In this document: piece by piece, positions 1 through 10,453 of the stretch
How the letters are laid out: every line of letters begins with the position of its first letter
Position numbering within the stretch: position 1 is the first letter of the stretch
Source of the DNA: Chloroflexota bacterium
GTDB lineage: Bacteria > Chloroflexota > Limnocylindria > Limnocylindrales > CSP1-4
Assembly: GCA_016191395.1 (NCBI GenBank)
Contig: JACPOS010000004.1
Span: 4,166-68,165, forward strand
DNA length: 64,000 bases
Reading direction: 5' to 3'
Notes under the pieces: model-generated
Databases searched by the model: none
What the model saw: the letters and a program-made list of their open reading frames with translations, nothing else
Told to the model about the DNA's origin: nothing
Position numbers and translations under genes: made by a program

Positions 1-1619
1 GGGACGCGATCGTCGTCGGTGGGGGCCACAACGCCCTCGTCACCGCGGCATACCTCGCCAAGGGCGGCCTGCGCACGCTCGTCCTGGAGCGCCGCGAACG
101 CATCGGGGGCGCAGCGGCCACGACGGAGCTCGGCCCCGGGATCCGCGTCCCCACACTCGCCCATACCGTTGGCCGGCTGCGGGCCTCGGTACAGAAGGAC
201 CTGGACCTCGGCCGCCACGGGCTGTCGCTCGTCGCGCCGGACGTGCGCGTCTTCGCACCCTCGCCGGACGGCACGCAGGTCACGCTCTGGTCGGACGTCG
301 CCAGGACTGCCGCCGGCCTCACCGAACGCTCGACGAAAGATGCCAGCGCGTACGCGGCGTTCGATGCCCGGGTCAGATCGCTCGGGCGGTTCCTGGACGA
401 GCTCGGTCGATCGACGCCGCCGGACATCAAGGCGCCGGGCCTGGGTGACGCGATCGCGGCGCTCAAGCTCGGGCGCAGCTTCAAGGGCCTTGGCCGGGAC
501 GGCTCGCGCACCGTGCTGCGCGTCCTGCCGATGGCCGTGGCGGACCTGGTCGCGGAATCGTTCGAGATGGATGCCCTGCGCGGAGTGCTCGCGTGGCGCG
601 GCGTGCGCTTCAACTCGGTCGGGCCGTGGTCGGCGGGAACCGCGGCGATCCTACTGTCCGATGGCGCCGGCAACGATGGTGGCGCGGCTGGCGAGACGGT
701 GTTCGCGAAGGGCGGACCGGGCGCGCTTTCCGAGGCGCTGGCCGCCGCGGCACGCGCCGCGGGCGCCGAGATCCGGACCGGCGCCGAGGTCGTGCACATC
801 AGCTCGAAGGACGGGCGCGCGACCGGTGTCGTCGTCGCGGGCGGCGAGGAGATCGCGGCGCGCGCCGTGGTCTCCGGCGTCGACCCGAAGCGAACCGTGG
901 TGGACCTCCTGGACCCCGTGGCGGTCGGGCCGTCCCTCGGCTGGCGTGCCGGCAACATCCGCCAGCCCGGCGTCGTGGCCAAGGTCAACCTGGCGCTCGC
1001 GTCGCTGCCCGTGTTCCCGTCGGCCGGCGGTGACGAATCGCTCCTGCGTGGCCGGATCGTGGTCGCGCCCGGCATCGACGCGATGGAGCGTGCCTTCGAC
1101 GCGGCCAAGTACGGCCGCTGGGGCACGTCGCTGATCCTCGAGGCAACGATCCCGTCGCTCGCCGACCCGTCGCTCGTCGAGGGCGCGCCGGCCGGCACCC
1201 ACGTGATGAGCGTCATCGCCCAGTACGCGCCGTACGAGCTGCGCGGCCACAGGCCCACCGAGGGCGACCCGATCGCGACCTGGGAGGTGGCCCGCGAGAA
1301 CTTCGGCGACGGCGTGATGCGAGCACTCGAGGAGGTTGCGCCGGGGATCGGCAAGCTCGTCACCCATCGGCAGGTGCTCACGCCGGTGGACCTGGAGCAG
1401 CAGTTCGGGCTGACCGGCGGACACCCCCTCCACGCCGAGCAGGGCCTCGACCAGTTCTTCGTCTGGCGACCGCTGCTCGGTCACGCCCGCTACCGAATCG
1501 CGCTGGAGCGGCTGTACCTGTGCGGCTCTGGGGCCCACCCCGGCGGCGGCATCACCGGCGGTCCCGGCCAGAACGCCGCCCGCGAGATCCTCGGTGAGCT
1601 CCGTGGCCGGCGAGCCTAG
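1..1619 (+). CDS. FAD-dependent oxidoreductase, phytoene-desaturase/amine-oxidase (CrtI-like) family; 5' end outside window
   Basis: The frame of ORF 243..1619 stays open back to nt 3. The window begins DAIVVGGGHNALVTAAYLAKGG, a GxGxxG FAD Rossmann motif. The C-terminal LYLCGSGAHPGGGITG is typical of this flavoenzyme family. Confidence 0.8.
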   Translation, partial: DAIVVGGGHNALVTAAYLAKGGLRTLVLERRERIGGAAATTELGPGIRVPTLAHTVGRLRASVQKDLDLGRHGLSLVAPDVRVFAPSPDGTQVTLWSDVARTAAGLTERSTKDASAYAAFDARVRSLGRFLDELGRSTPPDIKAPGLGDAIAALKLGRSFKGLGRDGSRTVLRVLPMAVADLVAESFEMDALRGVLAWRGVRFNSVGPWSAGTAAILLSDGAGNDGGAAGETVFAKGGPGALSEALAAAARAAGAEIRTGAEVVHISSKDGRATGVVVAGGEEIAARAVVSGVDPKRTVVDLLDPVAVGPSLGWRAGNIRQPGVVAKVNLALASLPVFPSAGGDESLLRGRIVVAPGIDAMERAFDAAKYGRWGTSLILEATIPSLADPSLVEGAPAGTHVMSVIAQYAPYELRGHRPTEGDPIATWEVARENFGDGVMRALEEVAPGIGKLVTHRQVLTPVDLEQQFGLTGGHPLHAEQGLDQFFVWRPLLGHARYRIALERLYLCGSGAHPGGGITGGPGQNAAREILGELRGRRA

Positions 1620-2916
1620 GGACGTCGAGCCCGAACCAGGGATCCTGCACGACGCCCTGCCGGGCGACGCCCCGACGGATGCCGACGGGGATGCCGACCC
1701 CGAGTGGGCCGCACGCGTGGCTGCCGCCGGGATCCTCGGGTTCTCCATCGCCTGGGTCGTGACTGCCATGCTCGCCGAGCAGGGGTTGTACGGCAATCCG
1801 AGCAGGGCCCTGGAGGTCAACCTCTACCGGCAGTACGCGGGCAACGTGCTGCATGGCCTCGTGCCGTACCGGGACTTCGCGTTCGAGTACCCGCCGCTCG
1901 CCCTGGTGCCCATCCTCGGGCCCCTTCTGCTCATCGGCAACCTCACCGAGATCGCCTATCGGCAGGCGTTCGGGCTCGTCACCGCAACGATCGGGATGGT
2001 GACCACGATCTTCGTGATGCGTGCCGCCGTTGCCCTTGACCTGCGGCGCCGGGACATGCTGGCCGGCGCCGCGCTCGTCGCGACCTCGCCGATCCTCATG
2101 GGCCCGCTGATGCTGGCGCGCTTCGACCTGTGGCCGGCCCTGTTCGCGGCCGCGGCGATCTGGCTGTTCGTGACGGACCGCTACCGCCTCGCCGCCGTGG
2201 CGCTCGGGCTGGGCGTGCTGGCCAAGGTGTATCCGGTGGTGCTCGCCCCGTTCCTCGTCGTGCACCTCTGGCGCCAGGAAGGTCGGCGCGCCGCCACGGT
2301 GTTCACCCTGATCCTCGTGCTGACCGTCGCCGTGGGCGTCGCGCCGTTCTTCGTCGTCGCTCCGCAAGGGGTGCTCGATGCCCTCCTGCGGGCCTTTACG
2401 CGGCCTCTCCAGGTCGAGACGGTCGGCGCCGCGCTCATCTTCCTGGCGAACGCCATGGGCGGGGTACGGGTCGTCCACACCTTCGATTCGTACAACCTCA
2501 TAGGCCCGCTCGCATCCCAGGTCGCGACCGCGCAGACCGTCGCCCTCGGCGTCCTCCTCCTCGTGACGTTCGTGTTGTTCATCCGGGGCCGGCCGACCCT
2601 CGAGCGGTTGATGCTCGCATCGGCGGCCGCGCTCTGCGCGTGGGTTGCCTTCGGGAAGGTGCTGTCGCCGCAGTACCTGATCTGGTTGATCGCCCCGATC
2701 GCGATGATCCGCGGTCGCCGCTGGTCGCCCCACCTGATCACTCTTGGGACGGCCATCCTGCTGACCGGCCTGTACTACCCGAGGTTCTACTCCAGGTACC
2801 TCGACGTCAGGGAGCCCCTGTGGGTCGCGGTTGTCCTCGCGCGAGACCTGCTCCTCGTGGCCATCACCCTGTATCTCGTCGCCCGGCTGGTCCCGCGAGA
2901 CCGCGCAACGGACTGA
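1594..2916 (+). CDS. polytopic membrane protein, DUF2029/GT87-like glycosyltransferase
   Basis: 440-aa ORF with many hydrophobic segments. The YRDFAFEYPPLAL motif resembles GT87/DUF2029 proteins. Start uncertain: the ORF start overlaps the upstream gene by 26 nt. Confidence 0.6.
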   Translation: MSSVAGEPRDVEPEPGILHDALPGDAPTDADGDADPEWAARVAAAGILGFSIAWVVTAMLAEQGLYGNPSRALEVNLYRQYAGNVLHGLVPYRDFAFEYPPLALVPILGPLLLIGNLTEIAYRQAFGLVTATIGMVTTIFVMRAAVALDLRRRDMLAGAALVATSPILMGPLMLARFDLWPALFAAAAIWLFVTDRYRLAAVALGLGVLAKVYPVVLAPFLVVHLWRQEGRRAATVFTLILVLTVAVGVAPFFVVAPQGVLDALLRAFTRPLQVETVGAALIFLANAMGGVRVVHTFDSYNLIGPLASQVATAQTVALGVLLLVTFVLFIRGRPTLERLMLASAAALCAWVAFGKVLSPQYLIWLIAPIAMIRGRRWSPHLITLGTAILLTGLYYPRFYSRYLDVREPLWVAVVLARDLLLVAITLYLVARLVPRDRATD

Positions 2917-2920
2917 GGGA

Positions 2921-4138
2921 CTATTCGACCGCGGGGACCTCGGGCTCCACGTCCAGGTCCACCGTCGGGTTTGGCTCGCGAGGCTGGCGGATGAGGCGGC
3001 CCTGGCGCTGCGCGGCACGCGCGGCGGCGCGCTCGGCGACCGGTCCCGTGCCCTTGCCGCGGTTGAGCGCGTGGAGGATGAGTGCCGAGAGCACGGCCGC
3101 GATCGGGATGCCGAAGATCGCGCCGGGGATGCCGGCGATCTTGAGCCCCACGAGCACGGAGCCCAGGACGACGATCGGGTGGATGCGCAGCGAGGTAGCC
3201 ATGATCCGCGGCTGGAGCCAGTTCATGACCAGGACCCAGCCGACCGCGACCACGATCCCCACGCCCAGCAGCGCGTCGGGCTTCAGGAGGATCGCCGCGA
3301 GCACCGGCGGCAGCCAGGCCACGAACGGGCCGAAGAACGGGATCATCATCAGCAGCCCGGCCGTGAACGTCGTCACCGGCAGGTAGTCCAGGCCGAAGAC
3401 GAGGCTCCCCGCGAAGCAGATCGCCCCGAACGCGAGGCCGGTGATGACCTGGCCGCGGATGAACCCGCCGAAGGAGCGGCTGACCGCCTCCTCGAGGATC
3501 TGCGCCTCCGCCTTGTAGCCGCTCGGGACCAGCCAGAACCCGAAGGCCACCAGCCGCTCGCGGTCGGCGACCATGTACAGCGAGAAGACGACCACGAGCA
3601 GCAGGTTGCCGATCGCGCCGATGCTGGCGACCGCGATCTGCTGGAGCGGCGCCGCGAGCTGGACGGCGTACTGGCTCAGGTTGTCCAGCAGGAACGTCGC
3701 CTGGCCGAGCAGGTCCACCCCCGAGATCCCGATGCTGTCGAGGCGACCCTGCCACGGCTCGATGATCGCGGGCAGGTTCGCGCGCAGGGCCGGCAGGTTC
3801 GTGATGAAGTCGCCGATCGAGTTGACCACCGCCGCGGCGACCAGGATCGAGACCACGACGAGCGACCCGAAGAGCACGAAGTAGACCGTGAAGATCGCGC
3901 CGGCCCGGCTCATGAACGGGATCGTGGTGACGCGGTTCACGACCGGCACCAGCATGAAGGCGAAGAGCCAGGCCAGGAAGAACACCATGATCAGGTCGCC
4001 GAAGACCGCGAAGATCACGCCCACGAAGCCCAGCACGATGAAGCCAAGCGCGAGCGCGCCGAGGACCAGGATCGCGTCGAACCAGCGGCGCTCGCGCGGC
4101 GTCAGGTGGAAACCCATCGGCGGGTCGGCGCCCGGCAT
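2921..4138 (-). CDS. AI-2E family transporter (PerM/UPF0118-like permease)
   Basis: 405-aa multi-TM ORF. Central SFGGFIRGQ and MMIPFFGPFVAWLPP motifs are characteristic of the AI-2E/PerM family. Confidence 0.85.
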   Translation of the reverse strand: MPGADPPMGFHLTPRERRWFDAILVLGALALGFIVLGFVGVIFAVFGDLIMVFFLAWLFAFMLVPVVNRVTTIPFMSRAGAIFTVYFVLFGSLVVVSILVAAAVVNSIGDFITNLPALRANLPAIIEPWQGRLDSIGISGVDLLGQATFLLDNLSQYAVQLAAPLQQIAVASIGAIGNLLLVVVFSLYMVADRERLVAFGFWLVPSGYKAEAQILEEAVSRSFGGFIRGQVITGLAFGAICFAGSLVFGLDYLPVTTFTAGLLMMIPFFGPFVAWLPPVLAAILLKPDALLGVGIVVAVGWVLVMNWLQPRIMATSLRIHPIVVLGSVLVGLKIAGIPGAIFGIPIAAVLSALILHALNRGKGTGPVAERAAARAAQRQGRLIRQPREPNPTVDLDVEPEVPAVE

Positions 4139-4168
4139 CAGGCCGCGCCGACCATCCGGCGCATCCGG

Positions 4169-4230
4169 GCGTTGCCGCCTGCGCGCGTCGGCTCACGCAC
4201 GCTGGGGTGCGCTCGCCGTGCGTGCTCGTC
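4169..4230. repeat. dispersed intergenic repeat, copy A
   Basis: About 80% identical by eye to 28349-28408, same orientation. Lies in the perM-trpS spacer. Confidence 0.6.
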
Positions 4231-4268
4231 AGCGCCTTCGGCTGCCCGCGGCTGCTCGTCGCGGCGGT

Positions 4269-5252
4269 TCATCGAAGGCCCATCTTCTCGCGGACCTCGG
4301 CCATGGTCGCGGCCGCAATCGGCGCGAGCCGTGCGGCGCCGGCTGCCAGGATCTCGTCGACGAGCGCGGGCTTGGCCATCAGCTCGAGATAGCGCTCGCG
4401 GGCGGGTGCGTAGTGGGCCACGATCCGGTCCGCCAGCAGGCGCTTCGTGTCCACGCAGCCGGTTCGCGCCGTCCGCTCGCCGTCCTGGATCTCCAGGTAG
4501 TCCTCGCCGAAGAACCGGTGCAGCTGGCAGACATTGCACACCTCGGGCCGGCCCGGATCGGTGCGCTTGATCCGCTGCGTGTCGGTCACCATCGAGACGA
4601 CTTCCTCGCGGATGACCTGCGGCGGCGCGAGCACGTCGATCGTGTTGCCGACGGACTTGCTCATCTTCCGGACGCCGTCGGTGCCGAGGACGGTGGGCGC
4701 CTCGGTGAACACCGCCTTTGGCTCCGGGAACGTGTTGCCGTAGCGATGGTTGAACGCGCGGACGATCTCGCGCGACAGCTCCAGGTGCGCGGCCTGGTCC
4801 CTGCCCACGGGGACCACCGTCGCCTTGTACATGACGATATCGGCAGCCTGGAGCACCGGGTAGGTCAGCAGGCCGTGGTTGACGTCGTCCGGCTGCGTCT
4901 CGCGCTTCTCCTTGTACGTGGGCGTCCGCTCCAGCCAGCTGACTGGCGTCACCGTCGCGAGCAACCAGGCGAGCTCCGTGTGCTCCGGCCGGTGGCTCTG
5001 GACGAAGAGCGTGCAGCGCTCCGGGTCGAGGCCCAGGGCCAGCAGCGACGCCGCCATGTCGCGCGTTCGCTCGCGCAGGAGGTTCGGGTCGTGCGTGGAC
5101 GTCAGGGCGTGATAGTCGACGATGCAGTAGATCGCCTCGTACTCGTCCTGGAGCTTGACGTAGTTCTGGATCGCGCCCAGGTCGTTGCCGAGGTGGACGA
5201 TTCCGGACGGCTGGATGCCGCTGAAGATGCGGGTCGAGGTCGCGGTCGTCAT
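4269..5252 (-). CDS. trpS: tryptophan--tRNA ligase
   Basis: Uses the internal ATG at 5252 of ORF 4269..5606. Class I signatures GIVHLGN (HIGH-like) and KMSKS are present. 327 aa, typical TrpS length. Confidence 0.95.
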   Translation of the reverse strand: MTTATSTRIFSGIQPSGIVHLGNDLGAIQNYVKLQDEYEAIYCIVDYHALTSTHDPNLLRERTRDMAASLLALGLDPERCTLFVQSHRPEHTELAWLLATVTPVSWLERTPTYKEKRETQPDDVNHGLLTYPVLQAADIVMYKATVVPVGRDQAAHLELSREIVRAFNHRYGNTFPEPKAVFTEAPTVLGTDGVRKMSKSVGNTIDVLAPPQVIREEVVSMVTDTQRIKRTDPGRPEVCNVCQLHRFFGEDYLEIQDGERTARTGCVDTKRLLADRIVAHYAPARERYLELMAKPALVDEILAAGAARLAPIAAATMAEVREKMGLR

Positions 5253-5308
5253 CGCGCGGAGTGTAGTCGAGCGTCGGGCCCGATCCGACCCTCGGCTACC
5301 ATGCGCCG

Positions 5309-6451
5309 ATGGCCGGGCAGGGCGGATCGATCGGGGATTCGGGTGGCGCCACGCGTCCCCTGCGGGTCGCGGTGCTGGGCGCCGGGACGGTTGGGCGCGA
5401 GGTCGTGGCGGGACTCCTGGAGGGTCGATCGCCGGGTCTCGCTCCCGAGTCGGGCGCGTTCGAGCTGGTGGGCGTGGCGGCGCGGGACCTCGTTCGCGCA
5501 GCGGCCAGCGGCATACCGGCCCATCTGCTGACCGACGCCCCGGCGCACCTCGTCGCCGGCGCGACCGACGTGGTCGTGGAGCTGATGGGCGGTGAGGAGC
5601 CGGCACGGACCCTCATCGCAGCTGCTCTGACGGCGGGCAAGGCCGTCGTGACGGCCAACAAGTACGTCGTCGCGCGGCATGGGCCGGAGCTGGAGGCGAT
5701 CGCGCGGTTGACCCGGGCGCCCTTCCGCTACGAGGCGGCGGTGATGGGCGGCACGCCGATCCTCCGCCTGCTCTCCGAGGACCTCGCCGGGACCACGGTG
5801 AGCTCGCTGCGGGGCATCGTCAACGGCACAACCAACCACATCCTCACGGAGATGGCGGCGAACGGCGTGGGCTACGCGGACGCGCTCGCCGACGCCCAGG
5901 CTTCCGGCTATGCCGAGGCCGACCCGACCGGCGATGTCGAGGGCGGGGACGCCGCGGACAAGCTCGTCGTGCTCGCCCGTCTCGCGTTCGGGGTATGGCT
6001 GGACCGCGCGGGGATCGCCGTGCACCGGCGAGGGGACCGCCCCGGGATCACGGGCGTCACCGCGGGCGACCTCGCCCGCGCGAATCGCGACGGACTGGCG
6101 ATCCGGCTCCTCGCCAGTGCCAGGCGCCGCGCATCCGATGGTCGCCTCGAGGCGGCCGTGCTCACGACCGCGGTGCCGGAGGCGTCCGCACTCGGCCAGA
6201 CGAACGGCGTTCGCAACCGCATCGAGATCGAGGCGGAGCGGCTCGGAAGGCTCGCGGTCGAGGGCCCGGGAGCGGGCGGCGCAGCGACCGCGGCGGCGGT
6301 GCTCGCGGACCTCCTCGCCGTGCGGCGCGGCGACGGCAGCACCTGGGGCGACCTGCCGGCCGCGGCACTCGAGACGGCGGCGAGCCTGTTGCCGAAGGCG
6401 CGCTCCTTCTTCGTCGGGCCATCGGGCGTGAAGTACCCGGTCGAGGACTGA
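5309..6451 (+). CDS. hom: homoserine dehydrogenase
   Basis: N-terminal [10 protein letters not shown] Rossmann motif. [14 protein letters not shown] and [21 protein letters not shown] motifs are present. Followed by thrC and thrB. Confidence 0.9.
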   Translation: MAGQGGSIGDSGGATRPLRVAVLGAGTVGREVVAGLLEGRSPGLAPESGAFELVGVAARDLVRAAASGIPAHLLTDAPAHLVAGATDVVVELMGGEEPARTLIAAALTAGKAVVTANKYVVARHGPELEAIARLTRAPFRYEAAVMGGTPILRLLSEDLAGTTVSSLRGIVNGTTNHILTEMAANGVGYADALADAQASGYAEADPTGDVEGGDAADKLVVLARLAFGVWLDRAGIAVHRRGDRPGITGVTAGDLARANRDGLAIRLLASARRRASDGRLEAAVLTTAVPEASALGQTNGVRNRIEIEAERLGRLAVEGPGAGGAATAAAVLADLLAVRRGDGSTWGDLPAAALETAASLLPKARSFFVGPSGVKYPVED

Positions 6452-6453
6452 CG

Positions 6454-7518
6454 ATGGCCGCGCGACCGCGCCTCTGCGACCGATATCGGCGGTTCCTGCC
6501 GATCACCGACGCGACCCCGCGACTGACCCTGGGCGAGGGCTTCACGCCGCTCGTGGCGGCGCCGCGACTCGGCGCACGGATCGGCGTCGCGAACCTGCAC
6601 CTCAAGCTCGAGGGCATGAACCCGACCGGCTCGTTCAAGGATCGCGGGATGGTCGTCGCCGTGTCGAAGGCGATCGAGGCTGGCGCGACCTCGATCATCT
6701 GCGCCTCGACCGGCAACACGTCCGCGAGCGCCGCCGCGTACGGCGCCGCCGCCGGTATCGAGGTCGCGGTCGTGCTGCCGAAGGGCGCGATCGCGCTCGG
6801 CAAGCTCCTCCAGGCGCTGATCGCGGGCGCGAAGGTCGTCGCCGTCGACGGCAACTTCGACGACGCGCTCCGGGTCGTCCGCTCCATGACGGCGGCGTCC
6901 GGCTCGCGCGCCACCCTGGTCAACTCGGTCAACCCGCACCGGATCGCGGGCCAGAAGACGGCGGCCTATGAGATCTGCGACGACCTGGGACGCGCGCCGG
7001 ACGTGCTTGCGATCCCGGTCGGCAATGCCGGCAACATCACCGCCTACTGGGCCGGCTTCACCGACTACGCGATGGCGGGCATCGTGGAGACGCGGCCGCG
7101 GATGCACGGCTTCCAGGCGGCCGGCGCGGCACCGATCGTCGAGGGCCACCCGATCGATGACCCGCATACGATCGCGACGGCGATCAAGATCGGCAACCCG
7201 GCCACGTGGGCGGGCGCCGTCGCGGCGCGTGACGAATCGCGCGGGAGCATCGACGCGGTGACCGACGACGAGATCCTGACCGCATATCGGAACATCGCCG
7301 AATTCGAGGGCGTGTTCTGCGAGCCGTCCTCGGCGGCGAGCGTCGCGGGTGTGGCAAAGGCCGCCGCCTCCGGGGCAATCGGCCGCGACGAGCTGGTGGT
7401 CGCCATCCTGACCGGCAACGGGCTCAAGGATCCCGACACGGCGGAGCGGACCGTCGCGGGCCGGATCGTCGAGTCGGATGCGTCCGAGGCAGGCGTGCTG
7501 AAGGCGCTCGACTGGTGA
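6454..7518 (+). CDS. thrC: threonine synthase
   Basis: ATG at 6454, 3 nt after the hom stop. The PLP-lysine motif [10 protein letters not shown] is present. Start chosen inside the longer ORF 5995..7518. Confidence 0.92.
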   Translation: MAARPRLCDRYRRFLPITDATPRLTLGEGFTPLVAAPRLGARIGVANLHLKLEGMNPTGSFKDRGMVVAVSKAIEAGATSIICASTGNTSASAAAYGAAAGIEVAVVLPKGAIALGKLLQALIAGAKVVAVDGNFDDALRVVRSMTAASGSRATLVNSVNPHRIAGQKTAAYEICDDLGRAPDVLAIPVGNAGNITAYWAGFTDYAMAGIVETRPRMHGFQAAGAAPIVEGHPIDDPHTIATAIKIGNPATWAGAVAARDESRGSIDAVTDDEILTAYRNIAEFEGVFCEPSSAASVAGVAKAAASGAIGRDELVVAILTGNGLKDPDTAERTVAGRIVESDASEAGVLKALDW

Positions 7519-8507
7519 GCGGCAACGAGCCGGCCACCCCCGGGATCGACGCGGCGACGCTCGTCGGGCGCTCGGTGACCGTCGAGGCGCCGGCGACCAT
7601 CGCCAACCTCGGCGCCGGCTACGACACCCTCGGCCTGGCGGTCGATCTGGCCCTGCGGGTCACGATCGAGGCTCGTTCGGCCGCCGTTGGCGCGCCCGAT
7701 GTGGAGCTGGCGGTGGATGGCGAGGGCGTGGGCGAGCTGGTTGCCGATCGATCGAACCGGCTCATCGTCGCGCTCGAGGCCGGGTTGGCCGAGCTCGGTG
7801 TCGAGGGGGTCGGCGGCCTCACATGGGCGATCGAAATGGCCAACCCGATCCCGCTCGAGCGCGGGCTCGGCTCGAGTGCCGCGGCGACCGTCGCGGGTCT
7901 CGTCGCCGCATGGGGGCTCGTCGGACGCGAGCTCGAGCGGTCGACCGTGCTCCGGCTCGCGACGAGGATCGAGGGCCACCCGGACAACGTCGCGCCCGCA
8001 CTCCTCGGCGGCCTCACTGCGAGCCTGGCGCTCGGCGATCGCGTCGAATCCATTCGCCTCGACCCGCCCTCGGATGTCGTGGTTCTCGCCTGGATCCCGG
8101 ACCGGCGCCTCAAGACGAGCGACATGCGCCGCGTCCTGCCCGACACCGTGCCGCGTGCCGATGCCATCGCGAATCTCGCTCGCGTGGCCGTCGGCGTGGC
8201 AGGCCTCGCCTCCGGCCGAAGCGACGTTCTGGGCCTGCTCACCGAGGACCGCCTCCACGAGCCCTACCGGGCCGCCGCCTACCCCGAGCTGCCGCACCTC
8301 ATCGCCGCCGCCCGATCCGCCGGCGCGATCGGCGCCTGCCTCGCCGGCTCCGGCTCGACGGTCGTCGCGTTCGTCTCCACCAATGCACCGACGATGGAGC
8401 CTGCCGTTGCGGCCGCGCTGACGACGACAGCCGCCTACCTCAACCTGTCGGGCCGCCTGGAGCGCCTGTCACCGAGCCGTCTCGGCACTCGCGTGGCATC
8501 GCGCTGA
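7515..8507 (+). CDS. thrB: homoserine kinase
   Basis: GTG start overlaps the thrC stop (GTGA). GHMP-kinase motifs ANLGAGYD and GLGSSAAA are present. Confidence 0.9.
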   Translation: MSGNEPATPGIDAATLVGRSVTVEAPATIANLGAGYDTLGLAVDLALRVTIEARSAAVGAPDVELAVDGEGVGELVADRSNRLIVALEAGLAELGVEGVGGLTWAIEMANPIPLERGLGSSAAATVAGLVAAWGLVGRELERSTVLRLATRIEGHPDNVAPALLGGLTASLALGDRVESIRLDPPSDVVVLAWIPDRRLKTSDMRRVLPDTVPRADAIANLARVAVGVAGLASGRSDVLGLLTEDRLHEPYRAAAYPELPHLIAAARSAGAIGACLAGSGSTVVAFVSTNAPTMEPAVAAALTTTAAYLNLSGRLERLSPSRLGTRVASR

Positions 8508-8604
8508 CTGAGCAGCATGAAGGCGTCAGGGGCGACCCACGCCCACGAGCAGTCGAGGATTTCTCTCGGTGGGGGTCGCCCTTGGCCTCGGTAGGATCAG
8601 TTCG

Positions 8605-8916
8605 ATGAAGGCGCTCCGACTGGCTCTCGCTATCGTGATGCTCTCCGGATGTGCGGGTACGGCCTGGCCGAAGACGGCGGGCGAGACCACGTGCACCGAA
8701 TGGACGAGCCAGATGACCGCCGATCAGCGTTCCGCACTGGGCGCGGCGATGCTCCTGGCGCTCCGAGCGAACGACGGCGGGACCGTGCGGCCGCGCGACG
8801 ACGTGATGAAGGCGTTCACGACCGCCATCAGCGACGTCTGCAAGGCCACGCCCGCCGCGAAGATCTCGGCCGTCGGCGCCACGATCTACGGGTACTCCAA
8901 GGGTCTCCAGCCCTGA
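8605..8916 (+). CDS. hypothetical lipoprotein
   Basis: MKALRLALAIVMLSGC is a signal peptide plus lipobox. AGGA lies 9 nt upstream of the ATG at 8605. No recognisable family. Confidence 0.6.
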   Translation: MKALRLALAIVMLSGCAGTAWPKTAGETTCTEWTSQMTADQRSALGAAMLLALRANDGGTVRPRDDVMKAFTTAISDVCKATPAAKISAVGATIYGYSKGLQP

Positions 8917-8963
8917 GGGCGGTTCGCCGGTAGTGCTATTGACCGCGCCGCGACACTGCGGGC

Positions 8964-9152
8964 ATGGGGGACTTCGTTCGCGCGATCGGGGAGGGCGTCG
9001 GCGGGCTGGTCGGTGGCTCGGTGGATGCGCTCGTCGGGGCGTTCAATACCGTCGTCGGCACGCTTCAGCAGATGCTGCCGGGACCGCTCTTCCCGCTCTT
9101 CATCGTCGGGTTCATCGTCGTGCTTGCGCTGCTGTTCAAGCGGCTGTTCTAG
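8964..9152 (+). CDS. small hypothetical membrane protein (62 aa)
   Basis: Strong G/C third-position bias. Gly-rich N-terminus and one C-terminal TM (LFPLFIVGFIVVLALLF). No clear SD. Confidence 0.5.
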   Translation: MGDFVRAIGEGVGGLVGGSVDALVGAFNTVVGTLQQMLPGPLFPLFIVGFIVVLALLFKRLF

Positions 9153-9171
9153 CCGCGGGATCCCGCTCTGG

Positions 9172-9957
9172 CTAGCCCGCGATCGGCTGGCCCATCGTGT
9201 GCCGGCGGATGAACGTCAGCACCTTGTCCCACGCGTCGGCCGACGCGTCGTCGAACCCCTCGACCTTCCGGTCGAAGAAGCTGTGCGGCGCGTTCGGGTA
9301 GACGATCGTCTCGTGGCGGACATGGGCCTTGTCGAGCGCCTGGTCGTACTCGTCCCGGACCGATTCCGGGATGCCCTGGTCCGCGCCGCCGTAGATCGCG
9401 AGCACGTCGCATTCGATCTTGTCGGCGGATTCCGCGGGTGCCGGGGTCCCGTTGCGGTTCGGGCCGGTCGGCCAGCCGTAGAACGGGATCACGCCCGCGA
9501 GGCCAAGGCCGAGCGTCGCCGACATCGATGACAGCCGGCCGCCCATGCAGAACCCCGTGGTGAACACCGAGCGTGGTGCTGGGTCGAGGGCCCTCAGGTG
9601 GGTCACGGCGGCGCGGATGTCGCCCTGAAGGTGCTGCCAGCGGGCCCCGGCGACGTGCGGCATGTAGTCGAAGTCCTCGCCGCGGTCGTCATCGCCGGCG
9701 GTCCGCCCGAAGTAGTCGATCGCGAGGGCGACGTTGCCGTGCTCGGCGAACCGCAGCGCCAGCTCCTCGAAGTACGGATGGAGCCCGCGCACGTCCGGCA
9801 GGATCACGATCCCGGCGCCCGTTGGCTTGGCCGGCCGCGCCAGGTAGGCGAGGAACCGGTGGTGGTCGTCCTCGCTCGTGAGCGAGATTCGGCCGGCGTC
9901 CAGCGCGCCGCCGCTGATCGGGTCGATGGGTGGGTGGCTGTCGTGGTCGAAGCACAT
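9172..9957 (-). CDS. dienelactone hydrolase family protein
   Basis: 261 aa, alpha/beta-hydrolase layout with a GFCMGG nucleophile-elbow Cys as in dienelactone hydrolases, and a C-terminal YPNAPHSF His motif. Confidence 0.85.
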   Translation of the reverse strand: MCFDHDSHPPIDPISGGALDAGRISLTSEDDHHRFLAYLARPAKPTGAGIVILPDVRGLHPYFEELALRFAEHGNVALAIDYFGRTAGDDDRGEDFDYMPHVAGARWQHLQGDIRAAVTHLRALDPAPRSVFTTGFCMGGRLSSMSATLGLGLAGVIPFYGWPTGPNRNGTPAPAESADKIECDVLAIYGGADQGIPESVRDEYDQALDKAHVRHETIVYPNAPHSFFDRKVEGFDDASADAWDKVLTFIRRHTMGQPIAG

Positions 9958-10215
9958 GTCGATCTGGCCCTCTCCGGATGCCTGTCCTGTGCATTCTCGC
10001 CCCAGTCTGGTTGCAGGCGCGCGGGCGTGGAGCGCTGGAGCGGCGCGCGGCCGTGGCCTGCGCAGCGGTTGTCCCTGACGACGGCGTCGAATCGAGCGGC
10101 GGCGTGCTCCGCCAGCCCTCGATGGGCCCTGGTTGTCTGCCAGACATTGCTTCGCGCGACACGGTGGATCGCAGACCGCTGGTGGACCCCTTCAGCTTCC
10201 TCGATGACTGCCAGA

Positions 10216-10299
10216 CAACATTTTCGGGTCGAAGCCCCGTTGCAGGTCCCTGCGTGTGGTCATCTGGCCTGCGTTTGCCCAGGTCGACTCGAAATGTTG
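10216..10299 (+). promoter_or_regulatory. long-range helix in the aspartate kinase 5' leader (candidate attenuator or riboregulator)
   Basis: CAACATTTTCGGGTCGA (10216-10232) pairs with TCGACTCGAAATGTTG (10284-10299): 16 bp with one bulged U and one G-U that only works on the + strand. Confidence 0.3.
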
Positions 10300-10453
10300 A
10301 CCCTCAGGCATCAACCGACGAGTTGGAGGTTGCCGGAGCCTCGACGCTTAGGCTGGCGGCCGATCTGATGTCCGGGAGTCAATGGCGAGCCGGCGAGTCG
10401 GTCGGGACTCGTTCGCGGTGCGCGACATGCCCGCTGGTAGACTTCGCCGCTCC

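Noticed and set aside
5253-5308. T-box leader for trpS, or an attenuator for hom-thrC-thrB.
   Set aside because: The divergent spacer is only 56 bp, too short for a T-box (~200 nt) or a leader-peptide attenuator.
9958-10453. Lysine riboswitch (L-box) upstream of aspartate kinase.
   Set aside because: I could not find the conserved L-box elements as I recall them (5' GAGGCGC-type P1, internal GGAGAG/ACUGUCA-like segments). The region is kept only as an unexplained structured leader.
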